From the human T2T-CHM13v2.0 reference genome, Homo sapiens: a stretch of 64,000 bases of DNA. Position numbers and translations under genes: made by a program. The stretch lies in NCBI RefSeq assembly GCF_009914755.1, contig NC_060925.1, one strand, 5' to 3'. Of the stretch, positions 51,341 through 63,851 are shown one piece after another; the first letter of the stretch is position 1; each line of letters opens with the position of its first letter. Below the pieces are notes generated by a model, which worked only from the letters and a program-made list of their open reading frames with translations, ran no database searches and was not told the DNA's origin.

Positions 51341-52299
51341 TCACTTATTTAAAACAAACATCACTTTCTTGAAAAAATGTTTAAAAATGGTCAACTACCC
51401 TGATAGCATTTTGATAGATTCAGTCACTCTTTTGTGAACTTATTTTATTGATTGCTTTTTGTGACCCATTTTGGACACACTAAGAGACAGTATCTGAAAG
51501 ACAGGAACATTCTTGCTATCGTGTGATGGTTGGTTGGTCAGATGTTGTCAGTCAGGCTATGTTGAAAGCACGGGCATAACACTTCCTGTGAGGTTAGAAG
51601 GGACCAAGTGGCCTACATATTCCTATTGCCTTCTGGACTGCGTCATTAGCTTGCTTTCTTTTCCAAAGATCAGTTTTATTTGCATTTAAGTGGTCTTCAA
51701 AGTTAGCCACTTGTCACAATGCAATATCATAGAAGATATCAAAGCAAATCTTCTGTCATTTGTGCTCTCAAATTATTAGTATGAGTTTGAAATGGGAAAA
51801 GATAAAGTGTTCTAGGAGTAATCAATTGATGTATAGACCACCTAATACATACAAGGCTGTGCTAATGGCTGTTGATATAAGGACTATTTAGAGGATGACT
51901 CTACCCTCAAAGAGCTCATATTATATTTGAGGAGGCAGAAGCATGCAGCAAATAAAAACAACAAAGAGAGTTGTAGAAACAAGTTGAAGAGGTGTCATGA
52001 GGGCAAGGGCAGCATGGGGCTCGCCCCTGTCAGAGCGCGTCACAGAAAGACTCAAGATGTCTTCATTAAACTCTGGTAACCATCCGAGTGTGGTCCATCT
52101 TATTTGGAAAGGCATGAAATACAAAGTTCATAGTATGTGATGAGTAAAATAAATAATCAGATTCACGGATGCTCTGGTAAAGTGTATTCCTGTTTCTTCA
52201 ATCTCCATTCAGTTCAGCAAAATCTCCTGATTGCTCTACCTTGAGCTTCATTTCTGCCTTTGGGCGCATTTTTTTCCTATCCCAACCCAAAACTTTCCA

Positions 52300-53290
52300 G
52301 GCTGACTACACGTGATTATAATTTATCTATGCACATATATGTTTGTAAACAGGCAGTGCTATGTTTCCTACTTAAAAATATATTATGTATATCTTTACAT
52401 GAAAAGACAACTAAGCTACACCATTATCAATGAGTATAATGTAAATTGAGCAATGTTTGATTTAGTCAACCCATTAATGTTGATCATTAAGATTGTTTCT
52501 AGTTTATTTTCACAATCAATGGCAATAATTTATTTAATGTCTTCATATATTATTCCCACTTCATACTATTTATTTCCTCAGAATAAACTGATGAAAATGG
52601 CTAAAAGATGGATTTTTTAAGTTTGCTAAATGCCAGACGCTTACAGAAAAAAATGGTTTCAATTTGTACTTACACTAGCAGTGTGTGATGTTCCCCGCTT
52701 CTTCACAATAAAAATCCTAATTTATTGTCATTACTTTAGCATTTTTTCAGAATACAAACAACATACCTTTTCATTAAAGAGACTCAAACATCATAAAAAA
52801 GTTTTCATAAAGAAATGTATTTATTTCTTGTACTTAAGTTTTTGAGCCACTTGATCTGGAGTGTGCGTTTTAAAGTCTTACTCTTTACCTCTAAGTTGCA
52901 ATTTTGTTTTCTTCATATATATAAACTCTACCTTTCCCAGTTATCCGAATTCTCATCTTACTTGTGTGAAACATTTGCGCATATGTGGGTTTTTTTGTAT
53001 TTTGGTGGGAGACAGCAGTGTTTATTTCCAGATACTCTTCCGTTTAGTTGTTGAGCCTTGTTTTTTCTATTCAGTTACTCATCCTTTACATTTCACACTG
53101 GTCCTACAGAGGTCAAAGTCAATTTTTAGCATTGTTTTTCCCCAGACAATTCATATGTGTTTGTCCTTTCAGATCAAATTTATAATCATTTTGACAAATT
53201 CCTCTAGAATAATTTTCTATTGCTTTTTAAATTAATACTGAATTATTTAGTTTTATAAATGTTCTCCAAAAGTTTAGCATATTACCAGTT
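52300..53290 (-). mobile_element. very old L1 (L1ME-type) fragments
   Basis: Decayed antisense L1 3'UTR/ORF2-like sequence; boundaries approximate. Confidence 0.5.
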
Positions 53291-53333
53291 ATTTTACCAT
53301 TTTTATTGTTATTATATAGAAATTTTTTTTGTG

Positions 53334-53642
53334 TCTGGGTGCGGTAGCTCATGTCTGTAATCCCAATACTTTGGGAGACCAAGACAGGAAGATTTCTTCA
53401 GGCCAGAAGTTCAAGACCAGCCTGGACAACATGGCAAGACCCTGTTTCTACAAAAAATACAAAAACATAAGCTGGATATGGTGGTCTGTGCCTGTAGTCC
53501 CAGCTACGCAGGAGGCTGAGGTAGGACAATTGCTTGAGCCCAAAAGGTTGAGGCTACAATGAGCAGTGATCGTGCCACTGTGCTCCAGCCCGAGGAACAG
53601 AGCAAGTTCCTGTCTCAAAAAGGAAAAGAAAAAGAAAAAGAA
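53334..53642 (+). mobile_element. AluJ
   Basis: tctgggtgcggtagctcatgtctgtaatccc...gcttgagcccaaaaggttgaggct...A-rich tail. Confidence 0.9.
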
Positions 53643-54295
53643 ATATTTTTGTTGATATGTTGTTGATATTATGAGTAACTACTTGTTCATATATGCTGGG
53701 GCATTTGACATTGTTATTAAAACCATAGGGGATTCCTGCAAGAAGTATAAGTGACCTGAGACCTGGGTCTACAGTAACCAGATGAAGAGAGAATTGTGCT
53801 CCAGGCAGAGAGAGCTCCTGAGTCAGGCTATTTTCTGGGAGAGAGGTGCCAGGAATTGACAGAGTGCTGCAGAGTAGAGAGCTGAGTATCCAGGTCACTT
53901 AGGGACATACAAACCACAATCAAAACTTGATCTTTAGCTCACAAACAACCAAGAATCTTTGAAGGGAGATAGAATGGGAAAAGAGGGAGTTTATATGAAC
54001 AGGTTTGAAGATGTGTTGTTATTAATATACTTCTGAGTTCAATAATTAATATTCATTTGGGAAATATTTATATATGTGAACTTGGTTTATAATTATGAGA
54101 GTTTTCTGTCTTTTGAAGGCTATATATATTTATAAAATAAATGATTAATTAATTCCATTTTTTTGTATACAAAGATTTTTAAATTTTCTGTCCTTAGAAG
54201 ATTTTTATGGGATGTTTTCTGAACTAGGAATTTTGGGAAAGCAGAATTCCATTAAAACTTTTAAATTGTTCCAAATTTAGAGATCTTCTTTGGTA

Positions 54296-54459
54296 TTTTC
54301 TTTTTTTTGATTTATTTTTATCATACTTTAAGTTCTAGGGTACATGTGCACAACGTGCAGGTTTATTACATATTTATACATGTGCCATGTTGGTGTGCTG
54401 CACCCGTTAACTCGTCATTTACATTGGGTATATCTCCTAATGCTGTCCCTCCCCCCACC
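54296..54459 (-). mobile_element. young L1PA 3'-terminal ~160 bp
   Basis: atactttaagttctagggtacatgtgcacaacgtgcagg...ggtgtgctgcacccgttaactcgtcatttacatt...ccctccccccacc. Confidence 0.92.
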
Positions 54460-54632
54460 TATATGTGTGTGTATGCATTATATCTACTTATAATTATATA
54501 TGAATATTAAGAATTTTAACTGTATGTGTGTATGTATTATATCTACTTATAATTATATATGCATATTAAGAATTTTGACTATATTTGTGTGTATGCATTA
54601 TATCTACTTATAACTATATATGCATATTATGT
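54460..54632. repeat. AT-rich minisatellite, ~60-bp unit, about 3 copies
   Basis: tatctacttataa recurs at 54481, 54540 and 54601. Confidence 0.85.
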
Positions 54633-56947
54633 GTATGCATGCACTCATACAAAACTATACTTTAAAATCGTCTTCTTCATTAAAATTTCAAACTATATTA
54701 ATATAATGTTAAAATAACTTCTCATACTATAAATATTTTATCACTCTTCTCATATCTGTAGTTGGATCATTTTTCTTACTTTTAATGATGTTTTGTGTCA
54801 TCCTTTCTGCCCTCAAATATCATTAGCATGGCCAGAAATAGGTCTATTTTGTTTCAGTTTTAAAGAATCAACTTTAAATATTCAGTCTGCTTATTTTAAA
54901 ATCCATTAATATCTATTTAAGTCTTTTATATGGTCTTTCTCTGATTTAAATGTATTTTGCAGATATTTTTCTAATGTATTGGGTTGAATCTTTATTAACA
55001 TCACATATTTTTTCTATAAGAATTACATTATTAGAGGTTATAAAATTTTGTCTGGATACATCTTTAGCTATATCCTATAGGCTTCCATACATAATATATT
55101 TAATTTAATGAAAGTTTGAACTTCCTTTGGTCTAAGTAGTGTTTTAGGCATACGTTAAAGTATTTCAAATTCTCTGATTTAGATGTGAACCTATTATTAT
55201 GATTTTAGAATTCTAATATATTTTAGTAAAAAAAAAAAAAGAGATTGTCCTATGGAAGCTAACTGAATATATTAAGCACATAATGCATTTCCATTTAAAA
55301 TCCAAATTACAGAATTGTTCTCTTTGTTCCATTTATAATATCACCTTATATTGTAGTTTATATATACTATGTCATTCCTTTTTGCATTTTTTTAGTTTTC
55401 TTTTCCATTTTGTACATTTTGTTTTGTTTTCTTTGAAGAGTAAATCTACACTTTGAAAGCGGATGTTTACTCTGAATGATGTTGTAGCCATGATTAACCT
55501 AGTTGTTTCTATCTCATTTCATCATATGCTTCGCGTTAATTTCCTGTGCTGTTATGCCTTTTTTTCTTTCATTATTTTAAACCATTTTAATACACACCCA
55601 AACACACATGTACACACATACAAACATTCTTTTAACTCATTTTAATACCAGTAACTGGTTTGGTTAATCTTTTTCAAAATTGTTCTTATTCTTATAGTTG
55701 CCTCTGTGTTGGAGTCATAGGCTCCAGAAAAAAAAAAATGTATTTTTTTTTCTGGCTCATTTACTTAGAAAAAATGTTAGATTCTTCATAATTGTATATG
55801 TTTTTATTTATAATCAGCCCTTTGCCCTGTATGTTCCAAGAAAGAGGGAATATTGTTAATGGTATCTTCTGCTCCTAGAAAAATGTCTAGTGAATACTGG
55901 ATCACAATAAATACTTGAATGTATAAATACATAAATGAATGAAAGCTGCTTTCTGGTACTTCTTAATTTTACATTCTATTTAAATAGAATTTGTTTTGCA
56001 TGTATAGTATTAGCATTCCATTTTCAGACCCTGTTTTCTGTATAGACAGAGATAGGTATGTCTGTGTCTACAGATTAGATGTCATAGATATATATGTATC
56101 TATCTATTTCTACATATATATGTCTTTGTTGATAAGAATCTTTTGAGTTCTATGCAATAAGGCAATCATATTTACATTATTTTTAAATATATATATATTT
56201 AACCTGAATTCAACGTTTACTGTTAGTAATATTATAGTTTCTTCCCTTTTCTTAATTTTGTTTCATCTACAAAAATATTCAGCTGTATCTTACTGTTTAT
56301 CCCCCCCTAATTTATCTCAGAATGTCTTCCTGTTTGAGCCACACATTACTCTCAACTAAAATGTATCTAATGATATCGATAATAAGTTTTACTGAACAGA
56401 TAGCACATTCTAGATACTAGTCTAAGAAACTGATGTGTGTGAATGATGTAAACTTTGAAACTTGGGCCCTTTCTATTATTACAGAGCAAATGGGGGAAAT
56501 GGATACAAAAGTAATTTCAGTATCCGTGGCCACACAATTTGGTGGTGGAGAAAGGGTCAAACCCAAGGAAATTCTGGCTCCAGAGCTCTCTCTTTTTACT
56601 GCAACATTGTATATCTTCAGTTTAGACATTTTTTCACTTTTATTTGGAATTTATCAGGAAGACACCTGTGGTCAGTGTGAATTTTAGCCTGTGTAGGTGA
56701 CTGTGTTTTCCTTTTCTTGTGTTTTGTTTGCATGCAACTATGTTTTTATTAGATGCTGCCAGATGCTTTTACTTCAAATAACTTTCCCAGACACACACAG
56801 TGTATTTATTAATGAAATGAAACATCCATATACAGAGTCTTTTTGTTCCTTTCCCAAGTTTTCCTTTTCAATTTTTATTAATAATTCTCTCCTATTTGTG
56901 AAATCACTCTTTTTAAAACACTGATTATTTATATTTTGCTTTTGTAA

Positions 56948-57292
<345 letters not shown>

Positions 57293-57421
57293 TAATATCT
57301 GCCTTTCTGCATCCTGGAGAGCTACTCAAGTTTTATCCTCCACAACCCTAACAAAATTTTATGTCTTCAGCGCTCTTCTTTGCAGCCTTTCTTGTAACGT
57401 CTCATCCTGGAACTGTTTTTA

Positions 57422-57699
57422 ATTGTCATGGGTAAAGCACCGCACTTGCCTGAGTGTGTTCACCCTCTCCTGAAGTGTTTCCTAGTGTTATCATCATGGA
57501 GAAAGCACTGCACTAGCCTGAGTGTGCTCATCCTATCCTGAAGTGTTTCCTAGTGTTATCATCATGGAGAAAGCACTGCACTAGCCTGAGTGTGCTCATC
57601 CTCTCCTGAAGTGTTTCCTAATGTTATTGTCATGGGTAAAGCACTGCACTAGCCTGAGTGTGCTCATCCTCTCCTGAAGTGCTCCCTAATGTTATCGTC
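57422..57699. repeat. minisatellite (candidate VNTR), 68-bp unit x 4
   Basis: catgg..aaagcactgcactagcctgagtgtgctcatcctctcctgaagtgtttccta.tgttat starts at 57427, 57495, 57563 and 57631. Confidence 0.95.
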
Positions 57700-57729
57700 T
57701 GTTTCTGCTCCCATTGACATTGCAGGAAG

Positions 57730-57889
57730 CTCCTTCTAATTCATCAGGTCCTCACGAGGAGCTCATTAGATGAGATGCTACCCATTAGATGGAGGATCTG
57801 CATTTTGGGTGGACAGTGGACAGAATAAATCTTCAGCCCCTTTTTCCCCTCACCACCTGATCCACTCAGCCTCTTCTAAACCGGTAAGC
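57730..57889 (+). promoter_or_regulatory. candidate OR2T6 promoter and first non-coding exon
   Basis: Homeodomain cores ctaatt (57736), ctcattag (57762) and cccattag (57781) around the O/E-like palindrome tcctcacgagga (57749-57760); donor ccg|GTAAGC at 57884. Confidence 0.5.
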
Positions 57890-58671
57890 AAAACTGTGCA
57901 GTTATGTTTGAATTTTTGTTGAAAGAGAAGGAAAAACTTAGAAAGGAAAAGTTTCGATTTCTTGTTAGCTAGCATTTTTCCTTGTGTCTGTGTATTTCTC
58001 ACTTTCCTAAATGAAGTCTCCTGTTCACTGTGCTGAGAACACCCCTTGAAGAACCTCCTTTGTTGGTCTACTTGCAAAACTCTACCCTTTTTCTCCACAA
58101 TTTCTTGGCTAGGGGAGGGTAAGAATGGGGAAAGCAGAGAAGCAGACCCTGCTGCAGAGAAAATCTGGCACAGAGACACACAGCCAATCCTTTTTCTGAG
58201 TGGTTCACGCCATGAGAGACCTTGTACATGTGCTGGCCAAAACCGAAGAGGCTTTTCTCTACTGAGGAGTCGCTAGGGTTCATCTTTTTCTAGTACTCAA
58301 GATTTTTAATTTTCAGTATAGATAAAAAATTGAATCGTTTCTGTGGTTTCGTGAGCATGTACTGAGAAGTTTGAAACAGGCCACCCTGGAGAATATGTAG
58401 ACACTTGCAAATTATTTTTTAGGCCCTGTTGTTCATGTAATGCTATTACCTAACATCTTGATAGTCACTGTTTAATCTGAGAGTGAACTTAGGAAATGAC
58501 AGTCTTCTTCCTGGAATCAGTTTTCCCAGAAACTAGTCTTTTACGAGTCCATATCTTTTGCTAAAAGATTCCTCTAATGGCAATTATTTGCATGATCAGG
58601 AAGAATGTTCTGAGATTTTATCATTTTAAATAATTCACAAGACAATGCACAAGCCTGCAGCCCTGCCTAGT

Positions 58672-58757
58672 TAGTGTTCAACAGGTGACACATAATTTTA
58701 GAGTGTGTCCCCTAGTGCTCAACAGGTGACACGTGCTTTTTAGAGTGTGTCTCCTAT
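58672..58757. repeat. tandem duplication, 2 x ~41 bp
   Basis: tagtgttcaacaggtgacacataattttagagtgtgtcccc / tagtgctcaacaggtgacacgtgctttttagagtgtgtctcc. Confidence 0.85.
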
Positions 58758-60591
58758 TGTTTGTGCCTGTGGTATACACACAGTAGCTAAGAAATGCAAT
58801 ATTGCCTTCGGAAAGATATTGTGTGTCCTCATTATCAGCATTCTCTCACAAGCGCAACAGCTTATCATAGATTAGCATTTGAATTTACTCAGCTGTGGTC
58901 CTTTGCATATGTTACATGACGTTTGATCATGACAACGTCCCGTAAGTTTCCTGTGATATCCTAATTATAGATCAGGAAACGGGCTCTAAGATTTTAAGTA
59001 ATGTGCATTAGGGCACATTGCAAATGATGAAACCAGGACCCCAAACAAGCATTCTCAGTGCAAGTATTTCAGAATTGAGCAACCCCCTACTCCAAAACGG
59101 TGTTCTGGAAGCTGGCTGCCGGCTCTGTGCACTTACTGCTACATCATCTGCCTCTCTGTCTGGTGTAACACCTGAGTGCACACAGAAGGGTCCAAGAATT
59201 CGAAATTCAAGTTGGATTTCAAAGAGTGTTAAACCTGATGAGGAAACTTTTAAAAGATATTCTTATATTCATCGTGTATTCAAGATGTGAATGCACCACC
59301 CATAGCTATCTAAGATTGTGTATGGTTTCCTGCCTCTGGCCTACAAGATCTTTTATGCATTTCATTCAGTCACCATCTCCAAGGCTTACGACTGACCAAC
59401 CAAATCAGGAAGTTTTGAGTGAAATGAGGAGGACATTAGGACAGAAAGCACAACCTGGTCTATCCCAGTCTAAGCCTTCAAGACCCACAAAAATACAACA
59501 CTAAGCAAAAACAAAAAATGACTCAAATGTACCAAAGAGATAAAAAGAAAAAAACAGAAAGATCATAATGAACATGTTAAAGTTAAACTGTTACATGTTA
59601 CAAACTGCAACTCAATTCTACTGATAACACTTAGAAAATAATTCTGTTCTCTTTACCCCGGCCTGCATACCTTGAAGAACTGATCACTAATATCTCACTG
59701 TCTTCATCACTTGCAATTCTCTTCCTGAACTGACTTTTGTTTCCTGACTATCCCAAACTCCTTTTTGCTTTAGGGATGTCACATTTGCTATTTATTTTGT
59801 AGGAACACCCTAGCCCTAAATCTTCACATGAATTTTCTTTTATCTTTCATTGTCTGTGTTGAAGTTTTCCGCAAAGCCCTTATTTGCATTACCTGGAACC
59901 CTGGTTCCCACTTTTGATTTACTGTGCTTATTTCATAACTAGAATGTAAGTCACATGATTCATATTCTTTTTATTTACTACAGTATCCCCAGAGCTTAGA
60001 ACACTGCACAGTACTCTCTCCATAAATAAAGATTAAGTGTGCAAATGGATGAGAAATTGACAAATGGTGAGGGAACACATAAGAATGGCCAATGATCAGG
60101 CAGATAATGTAATCATGTTTATTACAGTTCAACATAGTTTTCAGTTGTGTCTACAATTTATGGTTATTTCTGGATGAGACCAATAGGTTTTAAAATTATC
60201 ACAGAAATTCCCAATTTGAGCCAATGGCCTATTGAATTATTTTATTGGGTTGTTTGAATTGATTGGATCAATAGTCTTTCAGTTGTATCCACATTTTAAG
60301 TAAATGGAGCCAACTCCAAATGAAGGATCCTCTCTAGGGCCCAGATTTTCTTCAATCATAATGAAACTCCCTTAAGCCAAGTATCAATTGCCAAACATTC
60401 ATTCATCTTCATCCCATGGGGTCCTAATGTTGAAATTATTCTTCATCAAAAAGAAATAGCCAAGAAAAAGGAAGCTACAAATCTACCACACCAAAAAAAG
60501 TTTTATATTAGCTACATAAAAGATTTTAATCTAATAATGTTTACACAGACATGTTTAAGTGATTTATCTTTTGTCATTTTCATTGACCCTG

Positions 60592-60623
60592 CTTCTCTTC
60601 TTATGCCTCCAGTTCAAACTCAG
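60592..60623 (+). promoter_or_regulatory. probable splice acceptor(s) for the OR2T6 coding exon
   Basis: cttctcttcttatgcctccAG (60611-60612) and a second cAG at 60622-60623, just before accATG. Confidence 0.6.
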
Positions 60624-60627
60624 TACC

Positions 60628-61554
60628 ATGAATGAAAACAATGAAACCTTGACCAGAGGCTTTACCCTCATGGGGCTCTTCACTCACGATAAAGGCTCAG
60701 GATTCTTTTTCGGTGTCATTTGTGCCGTCTTCTTCATGGCCATGATAGCTAATGGGGTCATGATCTTCCTGATTAACATAGACCCTCATCTCCACACCCC
60801 CATGTACTTCCTCCTCAGCCACCTCTCCGTCATTGACACATTATACATCTCCACCATTGTGCCCAAGATGCTGGTAGATTATCTCATGGGCGAGGGGACC
60901 ATCTCTTTCATCGCCTGCACCGCTCAGTGCTTTCTCTACATGGGCTTTATGGGGGCTGAATTCTTCCTGCTGGGGCTCATGGCCTATGACCGCTACGTGG
61001 CCATCTGCAACCCACTGCGCTATCCTGTCCTCATCAGCTGGCGGGTCTGCTGGATGATCCTGGCCAGCTCTTGGTTCGGTGGGGCTTTGGACAGTTTTCT
61101 CCTCACCCCCATTACCATGAGTCTCCCGTTCTGTGCCTCTCACCAAATCAATCACTTTTTCTGTGAGGCACCCACCATGCTGAGGCTGGCCTGTGGGGAC
61201 AAAACCACCTATGAAACAGTGATGTATGTGTGCTGCGTTGCAATGCTGCTGATCCCCTTCTCGGTGGTGACTGCATCTTACACCAGGATTCTCATCACAG
61301 TGCATCAGATGACATCGGCTGAAGGGAGGAAGAAGGCCTTTGCCACCTGCTCTGCACACATGATGGTGGTGACATTGTTCTATGGGGCTGCCTTGTATAC
61401 GTATACGCTTCCCCAATCTTACCACACCCCAATCAAAGATAAGGTCTTCTCTGCCTTTTATACCATCCTCACACCCTTATTAAACCCTCTCATCTACAGT
61501 CTGAGGAACAGGGATGTGATGGGTGCCTTGAAGAGAGTTGTGGCAAGATGTTAG
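60628..61554 (+). CDS. OR2T6: olfactory receptor 2T6, 308 aa, intact
   Basis: MNENNETLTRGF start, [55 protein letters not shown]. The ORF-track GTG start at 60559 lies upstream of the acceptor. Confidence 0.95.
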   Translation: MNENNETLTRGFTLMGLFTHDKGSGFFFGVICAVFFMAMIANGVMIFLINIDPHLHTPMYFLLSHLSVIDTLYISTIVPKMLVDYLMGEGTISFIACTAQCFLYMGFMGAEFFLLGLMAYDRYVAICNPLRYPVLISWRVCWMILASSWFGGALDSFLLTPITMSLPFCASHQINHFFCEAPTMLRLACGDKTTYETVMYVCCVAMLLIPFSVVTASYTRILITVHQMTSAEGRKKAFATCSAHMMVVTLFYGAALYTYTLPQSYHTPIKDKVFSAFYTILTPLLNPLIYSLRNRDVMGALKRVVARC

Positions 61555-62296
61555 GGGACATGTGGTGTGATGAGGAAAGAATTCTGATGGTCTAAAACCT
61601 CCACATCCTGTTCAGGCATATATGGGGTCGTATCATGGATACCACGGATGATGCTGACAGGAACTTTCAATAACAGCTGTGCTAAATGGTGTATCAACAG
61701 TACCCCCATCAAAAATGGGAAGTTGCTGTAACAGTCACACACAAATAATGCCAGAGTTCTAGAAACACCACTCATGTTTATTCTTCTTTTGTTTCTACTG
61801 ATTCCAAGTCTTCTCTCATATCACTTCTCTGATTGCAGTTTGTGTATATGAATGCCCCAAAATGTTGAGTTAATATTACATATTCTGCCCATTTTCAATG
61901 GCTCCCTAAGAACTGGTGATTTTGACTATATTGTTTAAACAATCCATCAATTGGCTTATCAAAGATTTAGGGATGCCAAGGTTTGAAAGACATATGAAAG
62001 AGACTAAACTGTCATAAAACTGTAAAAGAAAAATCTACATAGACTTACACCAAGATTTAGAAAATCCAAATATCTCTTCTTTGAGTAACCACTGAAAACA
62101 CTCCTCCTTTATCTACATTTGGAGCTAAAAAAAAAATGAATCATGTGTTTTGTAGAAATGCCAAGACTAAATCTTTATGGGGGAGGGAGTCTGTAACGTT
62201 AGTTTTTTAATATGGTAACTAACTGTTACATTGGAAGACACAGCAAAAGGTAGTTGAGAAAGAAATGCCCTATTAACTAGCGTTTCTGTAATCACT

Positions 62297-63851
62297 TTAC
62301 AGCTTCTTCTCCAATTCACTAGCATTTTTAAACTTTTGGGATCCCTGTGCAGATGTTAGTGTTGTTGGAGCTATTTCTACCAACTTTTCTCTTTTAAAAA
62401 AGTAGTAGACAGCATCATATTTTTCCTTCTCTATAGCACTGGCTTTTGCATTGGATAGCATTGCAAAGTGGGAAGGAAATACACAGCTTTTCATGTGAAA
62501 ATTAGAACTGGAAACCCTTGTAAATGACTTAGTGTCATGAGCGGTGCAAAGTTAGAAATAACCAGGACCACAAATGCTTGTGTCTTTCCACAATGTCAGG
62601 ATTTTATTGATGCTGTTTCAATCACAAAAGCCACCATGAGCTACATAGAGTTCCCAAGGGGGCAACTCTCCTTAGTACTTTTCATTCACTTGGTAGTCAG
62701 CGCTGTGGGCACACAGACTCAAGCCACTCCACAAGTCAGTCAATATTGCAAACCATACATAATAGTATACTTAATCAATATGTAAATGTTATAGGTTTAA
62801 CATTTCACAACAAACAAACTAACATTCAACACAAGAAGGAAAAGGGATAGGAGAAAGGATCACAAACCAGTCCAAGGGGAGAGAAGAAGAGAAAAGCGGT
62901 CCTGGTCCAGGCCGGGTGGTCCATTGGTCTTGCAAGAAAGAGTCTCTGAGGTGGCAGAGACTTCAGCAGCAGATGCCAAGTTTTCATCACCAGTGACTGC
63001 AAGATGGCATCAGTTAACATGGCTATTTCGAGCTGCTGAAGGCCTGCTCTTTTACGGTTACAGAGTCCTCCCATGAGAACTGATCATGGAAGAGTGTGCT
63101 TGTTTGAGTCCTTATCTGGTTGGATACAGTCTTTTATTTTTTAATTTGTTTAGTAGACAACACATCTTATCCTTGTTGGAAAAGTGCTCTATGAAATATA
63201 AAATAAAGTCTTTTTCTAAGATGGAGTTGGCTACGTCAAGGGTGTTCTATACACTTAGTATGATTTCTTTTTAAGTGGCTAAGAACTGGAGAAAAAATGT
63301 TTGGCCTAAACTGTAGACACAGTAGTAAAAACCAGGACCACATCCCAAACCCCTCAGGCCACCTCTACAAGCTGCTGTGCCAGGCTTTGTACTGTCATTG
63401 GTTTAACAAAATCCAAGCCGGGTTCAGTGACGTTCTGCAGCGACTGAAGATGGTGGGTGAATGAAAGATAGCCACACCTCCTTTTGTACTGAAAAAAGCT
63501 GCTGGGTATTTGACAAAATATTTAGCCAAATAGAACAGCTCAACTTGGCATTGGGCTGAGCACTTAATCAAGAAAATAGACCTGGTCTTGCCTAACAGAG
63601 CAGGGTTTTCAGTTGAAATCCAGGAACAGCTTTTCCGAGGCTCTTCAGCTGGAGGCTCAACATCTCCTCAATCTTGTCAGACTGTCTTGGACAACAGTAT
63701 GTGCCAGATAATATGAGGGAGCATTTCCAACCAAGAAGATGTTGAGGTACAAAAAACACAACAAATCAGAAGAGAAGGAGAGGGCTGGCCCATAAGAACT
63801 GATCATCAGTTTCAGCTCCACGTAAACACCATGTGAATTTCTGTCAATCAT
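62297..63851 (-). pseudogene. putative highly decayed olfactory receptor relic, interrupted by a solo LTR
   Basis: OR-like motifs in the correct order and near-correct spacing: TM1 FLYLNIFLVGN (G42-N43), LLGKTRSIFLIKCSAQ (C~97), VAIFHSP, AWIL, QLVEVA*G, RVSS...KSCVFPSHFAML, EKLV...TTLT...KKL. Confidence 0.55.
62533..63253 (-). mobile_element. ERV solo LTR, 721 bp, family not assigned
   Basis: TG...CA ends; perfect TSD cttag (62528-62532 / 63254-63258); minus-strand AATAAA near 62605; minus strand starts tgtatagaacacccttgacgtagccaactccatcttag. Confidence 0.85.

Noticed and set aside
57422-57699. 68-bp repeats as a CRISPR-like array
   Set aside because: Units are contiguous with no unique spacers, there are no cas genes, and the DNA is primate; it is a minisatellite
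60841-61425. 194-aa antisense ORF
   Set aside because: It lies wholly within OR2T6 on the opposite strand, has no recognisable domain, and antisense open frames are a common codon-usage shadow of OR genes
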